IMG/VR virus record: IMGVR_UViG_3300014711_000002
Coordinates: 1 to 55,640 of that record
From: a virus
Taxonomy: Duplodnaviria > Caudoviricetes
DNA: 55,640 nucleotides
Direction: 5' to 3' (one strand)
In this document: positions 36,783-45,200 of the stretch, piece by piece
How the letters are laid out: each line of letters begins with the position of its first letter
Numbering within the stretch: position 1 is the first letter of the stretch
Notes under the pieces: model-generated
What the model saw: the letters and a program-made list of their open reading frames with translations, nothing else
Told to the model about the DNA's origin: nothing
Database searches by the model: none
Translations under genes and position numbers: made by a program

Positions 36783-36812
36783 ATAATAACAGCATAGTGA
36801 TAGTTGAGTCAA
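36783..36812 (-). promoter_or_regulatory. Promoter TTGACT-18-TATTAT with operator 36787-36802
   Basis: Near-consensus boxes overlapping the portal stop codon. Confidence 0.75.
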
Positions 36813-39037
36813 ATGCCGCTTCCGGTGCGCGCCTTCATCGCCATTTCTGCGGAGAAGATTTGCCGCTCAGAATCGAGCTTGATCAGCTCTAAACGTTCCT
36901 TACGTGCCAGTTCCTCGCGCGTCATCTGGCCGTCTGCCTCCATCTTTGCAACAGCCAACTCTCGTTGGAACTGCAAATCCAGCATATTCTGCTCTGACTC
37001 AGCGCGCTCACGCTCAATCTGGTAAGCCGTGTTCTGCTGCTTGACATCGAGCTCGGCTTGTGAAAGTTGAGACTCGACTTGAAGCTGTTGCTGACGCGCC
37101 TGCAAATCCATCTCCCTTGCTTTTAGGTTCATTTCCGCGACAGCAATTCTTGGATCTTGTGGCGCGCCCTGCTCTGCTTGAGCTTGCTGCTCTTGGGCCA
37201 CTTGATCCTCGGGCTTCATCAGTTCCTCGGGGTTGACCTTGAACGCTTTGAGGATGGCCGTCAGTTCTGCGCGCTCCTTCAGGTGCGGGATGTAGCGCGG
37301 ATTGTTGGTGATGTTTGCCAAGTTCAGAAGGGCCTGATTCTGGATGTCGCGCTCAATCAGCGCCGTGCTGCCCCGGGCGTCAATCTCGTAGTCGCCCTTA
37401 ATCTTGGGGTCTGGGTCGTTGGCCATTTTCCAGTCGTAGTACCGGGCCAGATGCGGGCGAGTGATGCCATCGTCGTAGAGCTTCACGCGCTGACGCAGCA
37501 CTTGGTTGGCGTTGTTGTACAGCATGACCATGCCCCCCACGGTCTCAGGCGCACTGCCCTTCTCGCCGCCCATGAGCTGGGGCATGCCGGTCTCCATGTC
37601 GGAAAACTGCATGGCGGCCTGCGCGATGGCCAGCAGCTCCTGCAGGTGCGAGTTGAACTCAAACACGCTGAACGCTTGGCGCACGTCGGCCAAGTCGTCT
37701 TTGGCCAGCCAAATCTTGTTTGGCGTGATCTCCCACGAGTTGTTTTGAGGAATGACCATGCCCTTCTTCATGACGATCTGGCCACCCAGCGAGGTGCGGC
37801 CGTTGTCCATGACCTGACGCCAGGCGCTGTTGACCACACGCTGCTGGTGCTCCAGTTCGTCGGGCAGTCCGTAGCCAAACGGGGAGTCGTCGGACTTGCG
37901 CCAGTTCCAGACATCGACGGGTAGGGTGTGATCTGGCACCCATGACTCCATGGCCCCGATGATCTTGTCGTTGACGATGACCAGCACGGCAAACGTGACG
38001 TCCGTCAGCGGGTCACCTGACCGGCTTGACAGCAGCTCCATTTCATCAGGCTCAATCTCGCCGTGGTAGGTCCACATCTCGTAGGCGTCTTCCTTGACGG
38101 TGTCGCGCAGCACGCGCTGCTCTGCCACGCGCACGCGATTTGGCTCTTGGCGCAGGACTTCGCGGATGCACTCGGCATCGAAGCCGGGAAGGCCCACAAG
38201 CTGGCGCAACTCCTTGCGAGTCACATTGCGCCGGAAAAAGAAACCACGGCCACGCTGGTGATCGTTTGCGCACGATGGATCAAAGAAAGTGTCCCACGGG
38301 TCCAGTCGCATGGATGCGGGCACGATGGACTCGTTGATCTGCATGGCCTGCGTGCCGTCCGGTTGCGGGAGCCACGCCTTGCTGGTCTGGCGTGCAGGGA
38401 ATGGGCCGTACATGACCATGCTGCCCAGACGCACGCCGTCTTCGATGCCTTTACGACATTCGCCGTTGTACTTGCACTCGGTCAGGCTGTCATCAATAGA
38501 TCGCTCCATGGCCTCGGCCGCATCCTTGGCGGCCTTCATGACAAACTTGGCCTCGTCATTGGCGGTCATGCCGGTGGGCTGGCCGGTGCGGGGGTCCACG
38601 GTTGGCGTCTCATTGCCAACCATGGCCGCCATGTCGGGAAGCGGTGTGGGCTTTAGACCCCAGTTGCGATCATCGACGGGAAACAGAATCTCGCACATGC
38701 GGGCCACGGCCTGATCGACCTTGGGGCGAACGATGTTGATCACCACGCGGGACCGATTGCCATCTTGAGACTTGCGCGCAGGTGGCCCGTTGCGCAGCGT
38801 GTTCTCGAATTCGCCGGTGCTTTCCGTGCGCTCGCCAAAGTAAAGTTGCGCGTTGCGCCTCCAGCGTTTTTCGACGTCGCCGGTGGCGCGATGCTGAACC
38901 CACTGGTCACGCATCTTGGTGAACATGCCATGCAGTTTTTCAACCTCTGACTTCTTCATCTCGCCGTACTGGTCCTGCGTCATCATCTGGCCATCCATCT
39001 CGATGGCCGTGTCTGGTGGGAAGTCGTTTTGGTTCAT
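36809..39037 (-). CDS. Portal protein
   Basis: 742 aa after TerL; FG.G.P...Q...N...R...DN...GE...TVGG..ML; Gln-rich C-terminal barrel like P22-type portals. Confidence 0.9.
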   Translation of the reverse strand: MNQNDFPPDTAIEMDGQMMTQDQYGEMKKSEVEKLHGMFTKMRDQWVQHRATGDVEKRWRRNAQLYFGERTESTGEFENTLRNGPPARKSQDGNRSRVVINIVRPKVDQAVARMCEILFPVDDRNWGLKPTPLPDMAAMVGNETPTVDPRTGQPTGMTANDEAKFVMKAAKDAAEAMERSIDDSLTECKYNGECRKGIEDGVRLGSMVMYGPFPARQTSKAWLPQPDGTQAMQINESIVPASMRLDPWDTFFDPSCANDHQRGRGFFFRRNVTRKELRQLVGLPGFDAECIREVLRQEPNRVRVAEQRVLRDTVKEDAYEMWTYHGEIEPDEMELLSSRSGDPLTDVTFAVLVIVNDKIIGAMESWVPDHTLPVDVWNWRKSDDSPFGYGLPDELEHQQRVVNSAWRQVMDNGRTSLGGQIVMKKGMVIPQNNSWEITPNKIWLAKDDLADVRQAFSVFEFNSHLQELLAIAQAAMQFSDMETGMPQLMGGEKGSAPETVGGMVMLYNNANQVLRQRVKLYDDGITRPHLARYYDWKMANDPDPKIKGDYEIDARGSTALIERDIQNQALLNLANITNNPRYIPHLKERAELTAILKAFKVNPEELMKPEDQVAQEQQAQAEQGAPQDPRIAVAEMNLKAREMDLQARQQQLQVESQLSQAELDVKQQNTAYQIERERAESEQNMLDLQFQRELAVAKMEADGQMTREELARKERLELIKLDSERQIFSAEMAMKARTGSGI

Positions 39038-39046
39038 GGTGTTCTT

Positions 39047-41530
39047 TCAATAACCTGAGATTTGGTCGATAGCGGCCCACGCATGCTCGGAGCCGGTGGG
39101 CACTTCCCACACGTCGTCTTCGTCGGGCCAAGGTAGCGCAAGCGATGGTTCATCCAGTCGGGCCAGCGCGTCCATGCCGTCGTCGTAGCGCCCCACGGGA
39201 AACGTGGAGTACTCGACGTCGATCAAGTCTTGCACCAGGTCACGCTCGACCTCTTGTTGGTCGGTGTACTTGAGCTGCTGCGGAAACCACATGCGGCCGC
39301 CCTCAAACCACGGGATCAAGCGGCGAATGCGTGCGTTCTTTTCGACAGCACCGGCAACCTCGTGGATCTTGAATCGGTACTGGCGCTGCTCCATCTCGTG
39401 CTGGATGTGGGCGATGTCGCCCATCATTCCGTATCGCTCGTACCGCACTTGCATCGGCTTGTGCTTTTTGTGCAGGGCAAACAGCTTGTCGGCGCGCTGC
39501 GTCAGGCCCAAGCGGTCGACGACGCCATCCACCAGGTAGGCGTTGCCGTCGGAGGCCAGTCCAACCACCCACATGACGGTGCGGTCGGACTTCTTGCGCT
39601 TGTTGGTGCCGGACTTGCTGGGATCTCCAGCCGGGTCAACCAAGATGATCTTGTTCATCTTCTTTGGCGACACGTTGTAGCGGCTGATCCATGAGCGCTT
39701 GAACTCGGCACCCTCAAGCGGTCGCGGCTCCTGCTGGTACAGCGAGATCCACGAGCGAGGGTCCGACTGCGCTTGCAGCACCATGGCGTCAGTGAACCAT
39801 TCTTTCCACAGGCGCTCGCCTGGTTCGCGGCCAAGCGGGTCGTGCTCTCCGGCGATCATTGGCAGCTTGATGACCTTCCATCGCTGCGGCTCGCGCTCGA
39901 GCAAACGTCCGGCCAAGTCGTCTTCGTGCCAGCGGGTCATGATGACCACGATGCGGCCGCCCGGCTTCAGGCGGGTCAGCAGGTCGTTGGTCCACCACTC
40001 CCAGGTCTTCTCGCGCACGCGGTCGCTGTCTGCGTCCTCGCGGCTTCGCACCGGGTCATCGACGATGATGCAGTTGTGGACAAGGATATCGTTGGCGAAA
40101 AAGTTGTGCGCGCCATCGACCTCTATGTCGTAAACATCGACTCCCTGCTTGCAGCGTACTCGCTCAACCATGGAAACAAAATCAAGCGACGTCGACTCTT
40201 TTCCATCGCATGAAGTTGTTCGTGGCAAGATCTGCACAAAGTCACCAGGTTCTCGTGCCGGTTGTCCAGCGGATCCATGTTGATGTGATGGCACTGCAAA
40301 TCGTTCGGCGAGTTGCACGCCACGCACATTGCCGAATCCTTTTCGGTCACCAGTTTCTTGGCCGCAAGAAAGATGCGTTTCTGCGCGTGCCGCTCCCGCT
40401 TGGGCGTAACCCCACCCTTCCATGTGGGGTTGTTCTGCTGCTGCATGGTCATGGAGTGCAGATCGTTCTTGCACTTCATTGAGCAGCATTTCGACGGCAG
40501 GCTGTTGGTCCTTGGTCTGTATGTCTTGCCGCACACAACGCAGCTCTGCTCCTGAACCGTCCTGCGCCGCAAGCCAGCCCTGGCCGCTATCGCAAGTCGA
40601 CACGGCTCCGAGCATGACCGCGCTTTGTTCTGAGTCGGCGCTCCGCAATGGTTGCACGTCGAAAACAGACGCATCCCGCGCTTGGCATTGTTCATGCGAG
40701 TCGCGCAGTTGAGACTGCACGCCGGCACGTATCCCGCGTTGACCCTGACCTTCTTTGCCAGCTCGAACGATTCCCTGCTGGCCATTTTCCCGCAGCACCC
40801 GCATGAGAACGTCACCCGCAACAAGGGCCGAAGTCTCTTTCCAAACCCCGTTGACAAAGACTCGATGATTTCCCGTTGCTTCAACCACACATCCAGCGGC
40901 AGTTCGTACTCGGAAATACTCGTCTGCCTTGCGTTGAGCGACAGCAACAACTCGGCGATAGGTTGGGCGATTTTGGTATTGCGAGAGGACATACTGGCCG
41001 GGCTTTACTTGGTCAATTCGGACCGGCCCATTGTATGTCATCACCATAGTGTTGCCTAGCAAACAATCGCCACGTCGGCCAGTGATAGAGCCGCCCACAC
41101 CGACGGCGGTGTACTCGCCGCCCTGGTTTGTTCCCCAGCGGCCAGCGGCCGTGCTGTCAGCGGCAAGCGTGACGTTAAACAGATTCTTGAACTGGACGTC
41201 GTCTACGCCGTTACGCACCCTGCGGCCAAAGCGTTCGGCCAACTCAGCAGTGTGCGAGGCGGCGATGATTGAAAGCTGCGGGTTCCGGCCTGCAAAGTAC
41301 TCGGGGAAATAGACCGACCCGTAGGTGGACTTGGCGGAACCGGGCGGCATCATCACCAGCAAGCGGTCGCACTCACCCTTCTCCACTTCGTCCAGCGCTT
41401 TGGTCAGCAGTTCGTGGTGCGGAGCCAGTGTCATGTCCTCGGGCAGCCGGTAGCGGCAGTACTCGGTGAACGTCTCGCGTGCAGCACGACGTGCCAACAG
41501 CTCAAGGGCGGCGTCGGCTGGCGTGATCAC
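39047..41530 (-). CDS. terL: Terminase large subunit with a 331-aa intein (mature protein ~496 aa)
   Basis: MPPGSAKS Walker A; GGSITGRRGD/CIIVDDP Walker B split by the intein; IMTRWHEDDL; nuclease VDPA...FP.G.YDD..DA. Confidence 0.96.
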   Translation of the reverse strand: MITPADAALELLARRAARETFTEYCRYRLPEDMTLAPHHELLTKALDEVEKGECDRLLVMMPPGSAKSTYGSVYFPEYFAGRNPQLSIIAASHTAELAERFGRRVRNGVDDVQFKNLFNVTLAADSTAAGRWGTNQGGEYTAVGVGGSITGRRGDCLLGNTMVMTYNGPVRIDQVKPGQYVLSQYQNRPTYRRVVAVAQRKADEYFRVRTAAGCVVEATGNHRVFVNGVWKETSALVAGDVLMRVLRENGQQGIVRAGKEGQGQRGIRAGVQSQLRDSHEQCQARDASVFDVQPLRSADSEQSAVMLGAVSTCDSGQGWLAAQDGSGAELRCVRQDIQTKDQQPAVEMLLNEVQERSALHDHAAAEQPHMEGWGYAQAGAARAETHLSCGQETGDRKGFGNVRGVQLAERFAVPSHQHGSAGQPAREPGDFVQILPRTTSCDGKESTSLDFVSMVERVRCKQGVDVYDIEVDGAHNFFANDILVHNCIIVDDPVRSREDADSDRVREKTWEWWTNDLLTRLKPGGRIVVIMTRWHEDDLAGRLLEREPQRWKVIKLPMIAGEHDPLGREPGERLWKEWFTDAMVLQAQSDPRSWISLYQQEPRPLEGAEFKRSWISRYNVSPKKMNKIILVDPAGDPSKSGTNKRKKSDRTVMWVVGLASDGNAYLVDGVVDRLGLTQRADKLFALHKKHKPMQVRYERYGMMGDIAHIQHEMEQRQYRFKIHEVAGAVEKNARIRRLIPWFEGGRMWFPQQLKYTDQQEVERDLVQDLIDVEYSTFPVGRYDDGMDALARLDEPSLALPWPDEDDVWEVPTGSEHAWAAIDQISGY
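40073..41065 (-). mobile_element. Intein in TerL (Cys156-Asn486, +1 Cys)
   Basis: Block A CLLGNTMV; block B ATGNHRV; block F VYDIEV..AHNFFAN; block G ILVHN/C. Confidence 0.96.
40123..40992 (-). CDS. Zinc-finger HNH endonuclease nested in the +1 frame of the TerL intein (true start uncertain, ~40992-40785)
   Basis: Three CxxC...CSxxC repeats, NNPTWKGG, CVAC...HHINMDPLDNRHENLVTLCRSCHEQLH. Confidence 0.88.
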   Translation of the reverse strand: MSSRNTKIAQPIAELLLSLNARQTSISEYELPLDVWLKQREIIESLSTGFGKRLRPLLRVTFSCGCCGKMASRESFELAKKVRVNAGYVPACSLNCATRMNNAKRGMRLFSTCNHCGAPTQNKARSCSEPCRLAIAARAGLRRRTVQEQSCVVCGKTYRPRTNSLPSKCCSMKCKNDLHSMTMQQQNNPTWKGGVTPKRERHAQKRIFLAAKKLVTEKDSAMCVACNSPNDLQCHHINMDPLDNRHENLVTLCRSCHEQLHAMEKSRRRLILFPWLSEYAASRESMFTT

Positions 41531-42036
41531 TTGGCCTGCTCCTTGGCGGCCTTTGCCGCGATCTCCAGCAGTTGCTCATCAGTCATGGCCAGCAGCTTGA
41601 CCGGACCGCCATTGGCCCCCGTCAGCTCCACCTTGGACTTGTCGCCATAGGCAGAGGCGTGCAGCTTCGCGGCCACCTTCAGGTTCACGTCCGCAGCCAG
41701 TCTCAGGCCAGCAGCGTCACCCAAAGCAGCGGCTGTACGGCCATAGTCCAGCGCAGCATCGACCAGGTTGTGCGCTCTCTCGATGCCAGCGGTGGCGTAC
41801 TGTTCGCGGGTTTCTTCGCTGTCCATCAAGATTTGGCGCAGCTTCCACCCGGCAACTTTGAACGGCAGCGTGTCAGCAATTGCTTGGAGCGACTCGCCCC
41901 AAACGTAGCGGTCAAATATCTCGTCAGCGACGAACAGGACCTCGGCCTTTAGCTGCTCGGCGGCGGTGCGCTCGGGCTTCTTGTGCAAGGCGTAGGTGTC
42001 TTTCGTGTCGCGCTTGGTCTTTTTGTGCTCGGTCAT
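41527..42036 (-). CDS. terS: Terminase small subunit
   Basis: GESL..I...Y..A...A...AAKL....YGDK..VELTGANGGP; overlaps the terL start. Confidence 0.88.
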   Translation of the reverse strand: MTEHKKTKRDTKDTYALHKKPERTAAEQLKAEVLFVADEIFDRYVWGESLQAIADTLPFKVAGWKLRQILMDSEETREQYATAGIERAHNLVDAALDYGRTAAALGDAAGLRLAADVNLKVAAKLHASAYGDKSKVELTGANGGPVKLLAMTDEQLLEIAAKAAKEQAK

Positions 42037-42114
42037 GGGTGGTTGGCGGGTGGCCCCTCGACATCTCACCTCGCTGGGAGACGATCAGGTTGGCAAGCGC
42101 CGGGGGCCGTAAAT

Positions 42115-42141
42115 AAAAAAACCCGCAATAAAGCGGGTTTT
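42115..42141 (-). terminator. Intrinsic terminator in the leader of the packaging operon (tR'-like)
   Basis: AAAACCCGC-tttatt-GCGGG-TTTTTTT. Confidence 0.85.
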
Positions 42142-42164
42142 GCGGGCGGACTTGCCCGGCGCTG

Positions 42165-42194
42165 ATACTACAGCAATGTGATACGACTCGTCAA
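42165..42194 (-). promoter_or_regulatory. Late promoter TTGACG-18-TAGTAT with operator 42168-42183 (pR'-like)
   Basis: Extended TG -10; upstream of the terminator and terS. Confidence 0.75.
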
Positions 42195-42457
42195 TCAATA
42201 GTCTGCGGCAGCCTGGTAAGTCCTTGGCGAGTGCAAATTGTCAGAAAACGGATGGATGACTCAACTGCCTCGCGGTCTGACTTCATGTTCCATTCCTTGC
42301 GCAAGTAGATCAGAGACGCAGCAATGTCAGGTGGCAAGTTGGTATTGATCGTGCGCCCGCCATTGGCAGCGCGATACTTGCGCTGGCGCTCGGCCCCCGT
42401 CATGGCGTTTGGGTTGCGCGACCGAAAACCCTTTTTTTTGTTCATCTCGTCTGTCAT
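42191..42457 (-). CDS. Small basic DNA-binding-like protein
   Basis: AMT.AERQRKYR motif followed by an RHH-like segment. Confidence 0.6.
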   Translation of the reverse strand: MTDEMNKKKGFRSRNPNAMTGAERQRKYRAANGGRTINTNLPPDIAASLIYLRKEWNMKSDREAVESSIRFLTICTRQGLTRLPQTID

Positions 42458-42903
42458 TTCTGATGTTTCGACGTGATGGCCAAGTGGATAGCACGCTCCA
42501 TTTCCTGAACCGTGCATTCTTCGATCTGCTGGGTGTGGATTTCCATGCCTGCCTTGATGACCTGCATCTCGGGGCCCGTGAAGAGGAAGCGGCCGGTGCG
42601 CTCGCCACGGTCGTGCATGGTGTACGCGGCATCTTTTGCGGCTTGAAGCTCAGGCAGCCAGTCAGCGCCTAGGGCGGGATTGATGCGAGGCAGGCACACG
42701 GCCATATCAAAAGCCTCGCGCATCGTGTGTGAGTGGTCGCCTGTGCCGTTGCCCAAAATCAGTGCGTCAAGCGCGGCCACGTTTGCCAGCTTTAAATGCA
42801 CGCCAGCCTTAGGCACCCCACCCACGGGCTTAAATCCGGCCTTGATCCAGCTCATGTTGTCCAGTCGCACGCCCTTGGGTTTGTAGCTGCTGCGCTTACG
42901 CAT
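42454..42903 (-). CDS. Conserved phage hypothetical protein
   Basis: MRKRSSYKPK...R..RTGRF.FTGPE...H..Q....T..E; GAGG RBS. Confidence 0.7.
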   Translation of the reverse strand: MRKRSSYKPKGVRLDNMSWIKAGFKPVGGVPKAGVHLKLANVAALDALILGNGTGDHSHTMREAFDMAVCLPRINPALGADWLPELQAAKDAAYTMHDRGERTGRFLFTGPEMQVIKAGMEIHTQQIEECTVQEMERAIHLAITSKHQK

Positions 42904-43090
42904 AAGACCTCGCCAGAAGTGGAATTGCTGACGCCAGCAGAGAGATGGCAACGACGACAAGCATTGCACACGCACCATCTTTCAAATGTCTACGCCAAGA
43001 CGCATCGCGCAAAGGCTCTCGCCCGTGCTCCTTTTTTCCAACTTTTGCCACTCTTGCTGGTCTGGTTTGGCCAAAATATGTGTTGTTCAT
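42896..43090 (-). CDS. Small membrane-anchored hypothetical protein
   Basis: GGAG RBS; C-terminal TM segment. Confidence 0.5.
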   Translation of the reverse strand: MNNTYFGQTRPARVAKVGKKEHGREPLRDASWRRHLKDGACAMLVVVAISLLASAIPLLARSYA

Positions 43091-43191
43091 GTTCAAACTC
43101 CAAGTTGCTTAAATGCTGCTTGCAGGCCAGCCCATCAGCATGCCGAGCAGATACCCGGCAAGGTAGGCTTTGGCGAAAAGCATGGCGGTCT

Positions 43192-43698
43192 TCATGCGTC
43201 CCCCTTAATGCCGTGGGCGGCTTGCCATGCGTTCCAAAGGGCTGCCGTCATTGGGTTCAGGCAAATCCATTTGATGCCGTCATGAGTGTGGGCCGTGTCG
43301 TAGCCAGCGGCCCCAGCCCATTCCTTGAATGCCTTGAAGTCCGGCTTGCTTGGCTGTGGGGATGCGTGCAAAAGCGCCCCATGCTCAAGCGCATTGATTG
43401 CCTCGCTGTGGTATCCAACTGTTTTGTATCCTTTACCCGTGTCAACAACCCACGCAATACGCGCCACCGGCTCCTGCTGCTGTGCTGGCTGCTCCCGCAT
43501 CCCGCACCAAGGCACAGTGCATTTCGCCTGCCCAGCCGCATCCATGTCGCCGCATTTCCAGCATTGTGCTGGCTGCTCGGCCAGTGCGGAGCGGATGGCG
43601 GTGATTGCTCTTGTTCTTTTTACGCCGTCGCCAGTGGTGTGCCCATAGCACCCCTCCAACGCCTTCAGCGCCAGCTTGATGATGTCGTCTTTGGTCAT
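43192..43698 (-). CDS. Modular hypothetical protein
   Basis: LAL.ALE...AI.AI..ALA.QP...EPVA...W.AWQA; shares a module with 44122-44406. Confidence 0.7.
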   Translation of the reverse strand: MTKDDIIKLALKALEGCYGHTTGDGVKRTRAITAIRSALAEQPAQCWKCGDMDAAGQAKCTVPWCGMREQPAQQQEPVARIAWVVDTGKGYKTVGYHSEAINALEHGALLHASPQPSKPDFKAFKEWAGAAGYDTAHTHDGIKWICLNPMTAALWNAWQAAHGIKGDA

Positions 43699-43904
43699 GT
43701 GTTGCTCCTATTTCGGATGGCGGCGGCAATGTAGCTGGCGGTGTTGTTGGTGTCGTCAATCTCCCGCGCAACCAAATCACACACCTTCGCACACGCCTCA
43801 CGCTCGGCAGCAGAGACAAGGGCGGCAAAGTGTTCAAGCTCTTTGTCCCACAGCGAAGGGAATCGGGCCTCCCGTGCCATGCGGATGATGTCTTCGCGGT
43901 TCAT
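43695..43904 (-). CDS. Small protein, AAEREACAK family (copy 1)
   Basis: MNREDIIRMAREA...FAALV.AAEREACAKVCD...A.AIR.R. Confidence 0.75.
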   Translation of the reverse strand: MNREDIIRMAREARFPSLWDKELEHFAALVSAAEREACAKVCDLVAREIDDTNNTASYIAAAIRNRSNT

Positions 43905-44125
43905 GTGTTGCTCCTTGCTCGAATGGCGGCGGCGCAAGCAGCCCCACCAATCCCTACATAATCAAGTTTTGAGGGGTGCCCCATACGATCACACACCTTC
44001 GCACATGCCTCACGCTCGGCAGCAGCGACAAGTTCGGCAAATCGCTTGAGGTCATCAACCCGCAGAAAAATATCCCCAAACGCTGGTATTCCAGCTTCTT
44101 CAGCCATTTCAATTACGGTCTTCAT
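43901..44125 (-). CDS. Small protein, AAEREACAK family (copy 2)
   Basis: Paralogue of the neighbouring gene; ~36-bp near-identical DNA segment. Confidence 0.75.
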   Translation of the reverse strand: MKTVIEMAEEAGIPAFGDIFLRVDDLKRFAELVAAAEREACAKVCDRMGHPSKLDYVGIGGAACAAAIRARSNT

Positions 44126-44406
44126 GTGTTCTTCTCCTTGAGTTTGGCTTCGATGGCTCGGGCAAACTCCACCATTTCGGCATCGCTGCGCGGCTCGTTG
44201 TACATGTCGTAGATTTCGTCGGTGCTCAACCCAACCCACGGCTTGCTTGGCTGTGCTGGCTGTGGGGCCGCAGCAGGAACCAAAAGCGTACCGTGATCGA
44301 GATGTGCAATTGCTGCGCTGCTGTACCCAACTATCTTGTAGCCTTTTCCAGTGTCGTAAACCCAAGCCATGCGCTCCTGCTGCTGTGCTTCAGTTTGTTT
44401 GGTCAT
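44122..44406 (-). CDS. Modular hypothetical protein
   Basis: WVGL..DEI...FARAIEAKLKEKN motif. Confidence 0.7.
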   Translation of the reverse strand: MTKQTEAQQQERMAWVYDTGKGYKIVGYSSAAIAHLDHGTLLVPAAAPQPAQPSKPWVGLSTDEIYDMYNEPRSDAEMVEFARAIEAKLKEKNT

Positions 44407-44561
44407 GCCTTCTTCTCCAATTGTTTCTTATCCTCGACGATCACCTCAAGCGTCGTGAATCGGTGCAGGTTGGCGCACTCATAGCGGCGGCGCTTCACGC
44501 CATCGGTGCGCTTGCGAGTCTCAAGAACCTCGGTCCATGCTTTGCATGCGGGGCACTTCAT
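44403..44561 (-). CDS. Small zinc-ribbon protein
   Basis: MKCPAC...T.VLETR.......RR.EC.N.HRF.T.E; GGAGG RBS. Confidence 0.75.
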   Translation of the reverse strand: MKCPACKAWTEVLETRKRTDGVKRRRYECANLHRFTTLEVIVEDKKQLEKKA

Positions 44562-44920
44562 GCGGCCTCCGCAAAAGTGCTGGAGTTGGAGGCCATCATT
44601 TGCAGTAGTTTTGCTGCGCGCTGCTTGGCTCGCCACTTGGCGCAGGCCTCGGCTTTTGGCTTGGGCTTTGGCTTTGGCATGTCGATGCCCTGGCCCAGCT
44701 CGTAGACCTTGAGCGTGCGGCCACCATGGGCGTCCTCGCTCCAGTCAGCGATGAAGATCGCGCCGCGCTTGTGCAACTGCTTGCAGTAGTTGCGCACGGT
44801 CTGGATTGACAGGCCAGACAGGTCGGCCAGCTCAAGCATCGTGTGGCAACCGTCTTGCAGGCCGACCATCAGCTCGGCAATGGCGATGGCGTTCACGCGG
44901 ACAGAGGAGCGTCTTACCAT
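44558..44920 (-). CDS. Winged-HTH DNA-binding protein
   Basis: T..ELA..SGL...TVR.Y...L...G.I.I..W pattern. Confidence 0.7.
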   Translation of the reverse strand: MVRRSSVRVNAIAIAELMVGLQDGCHTMLELADLSGLSIQTVRNYCKQLHKRGAIFIADWSEDAHGGRTLKVYELGQGIDMPKPKPKPKAEACAKWRAKQRAAKLLQMMASNSSTFAEAA

Positions 44921-45021
44921 GGCGCGTCTCCTGCGTTGTCGCGCTGCTGGCGCTGGTAGGCGCGCTGCTGTGCGGGTGTCCATGGTGTTGGGCCAGTGGC
45001 GGGAGGAAAGGGCCAGCTCAT
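44914..45021 (-). CDS. Small hypothetical protein (MSWPFPPATGP...)
   Basis: GAGGTG RBS; ATGA overlap. Confidence 0.5.
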   Translation of the reverse strand: MSWPFPPATGPTPWTPAQQRAYQRQQRDNAGDAPW

Positions 45022-45200
45022 GCCTTCACCTCGCGTCCATCGCGGTAGTAGCGCGTGCCGCAATGAAGTGCTGGCACAGCCTCGTGGTCCTGCGCACCTG
45101 GCCGCACCGGAACCCACTCGGGGATGTAGTGCTGGCCCTTGGGCACGCTGCTGTTGGTGATCTGTCGTGGTGGTGTGGCCTTGCGGCGCGTGTCGGTCAT
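45018..45200 (-). CDS. Small hypothetical protein
   Basis: GGAG RBS; first gene after the 45237 promoter. Confidence 0.55.
   Translation of the reverse strand: MTDTRRKATPPRQITNSSVPKGQHYIPEWVPVRPGAQDHEAVPALHCGTRYYRDGREVKA

Noticed and set aside
40138-40779. AGCAGGGA(A/G)TCG repeated near both ends of the nested HNH (ASRES twice) as a target-site duplication
   Set aside because: Only 12 bp with a mismatch, and the upstream copy lies after the first zinc-finger CxxC; cannot be distinguished from chance without homologues.
40073-41065. Group I intron interpretation of the terL insertion
   Set aside because: The insertion is in frame and stop-free, with all intein splicing blocks and a Cys +1 nucleophile.
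42796-43734. 312-aa plus-strand ORF
   Set aside because: Antisense to several well-coupled minus-strand genes; no recognisable features.
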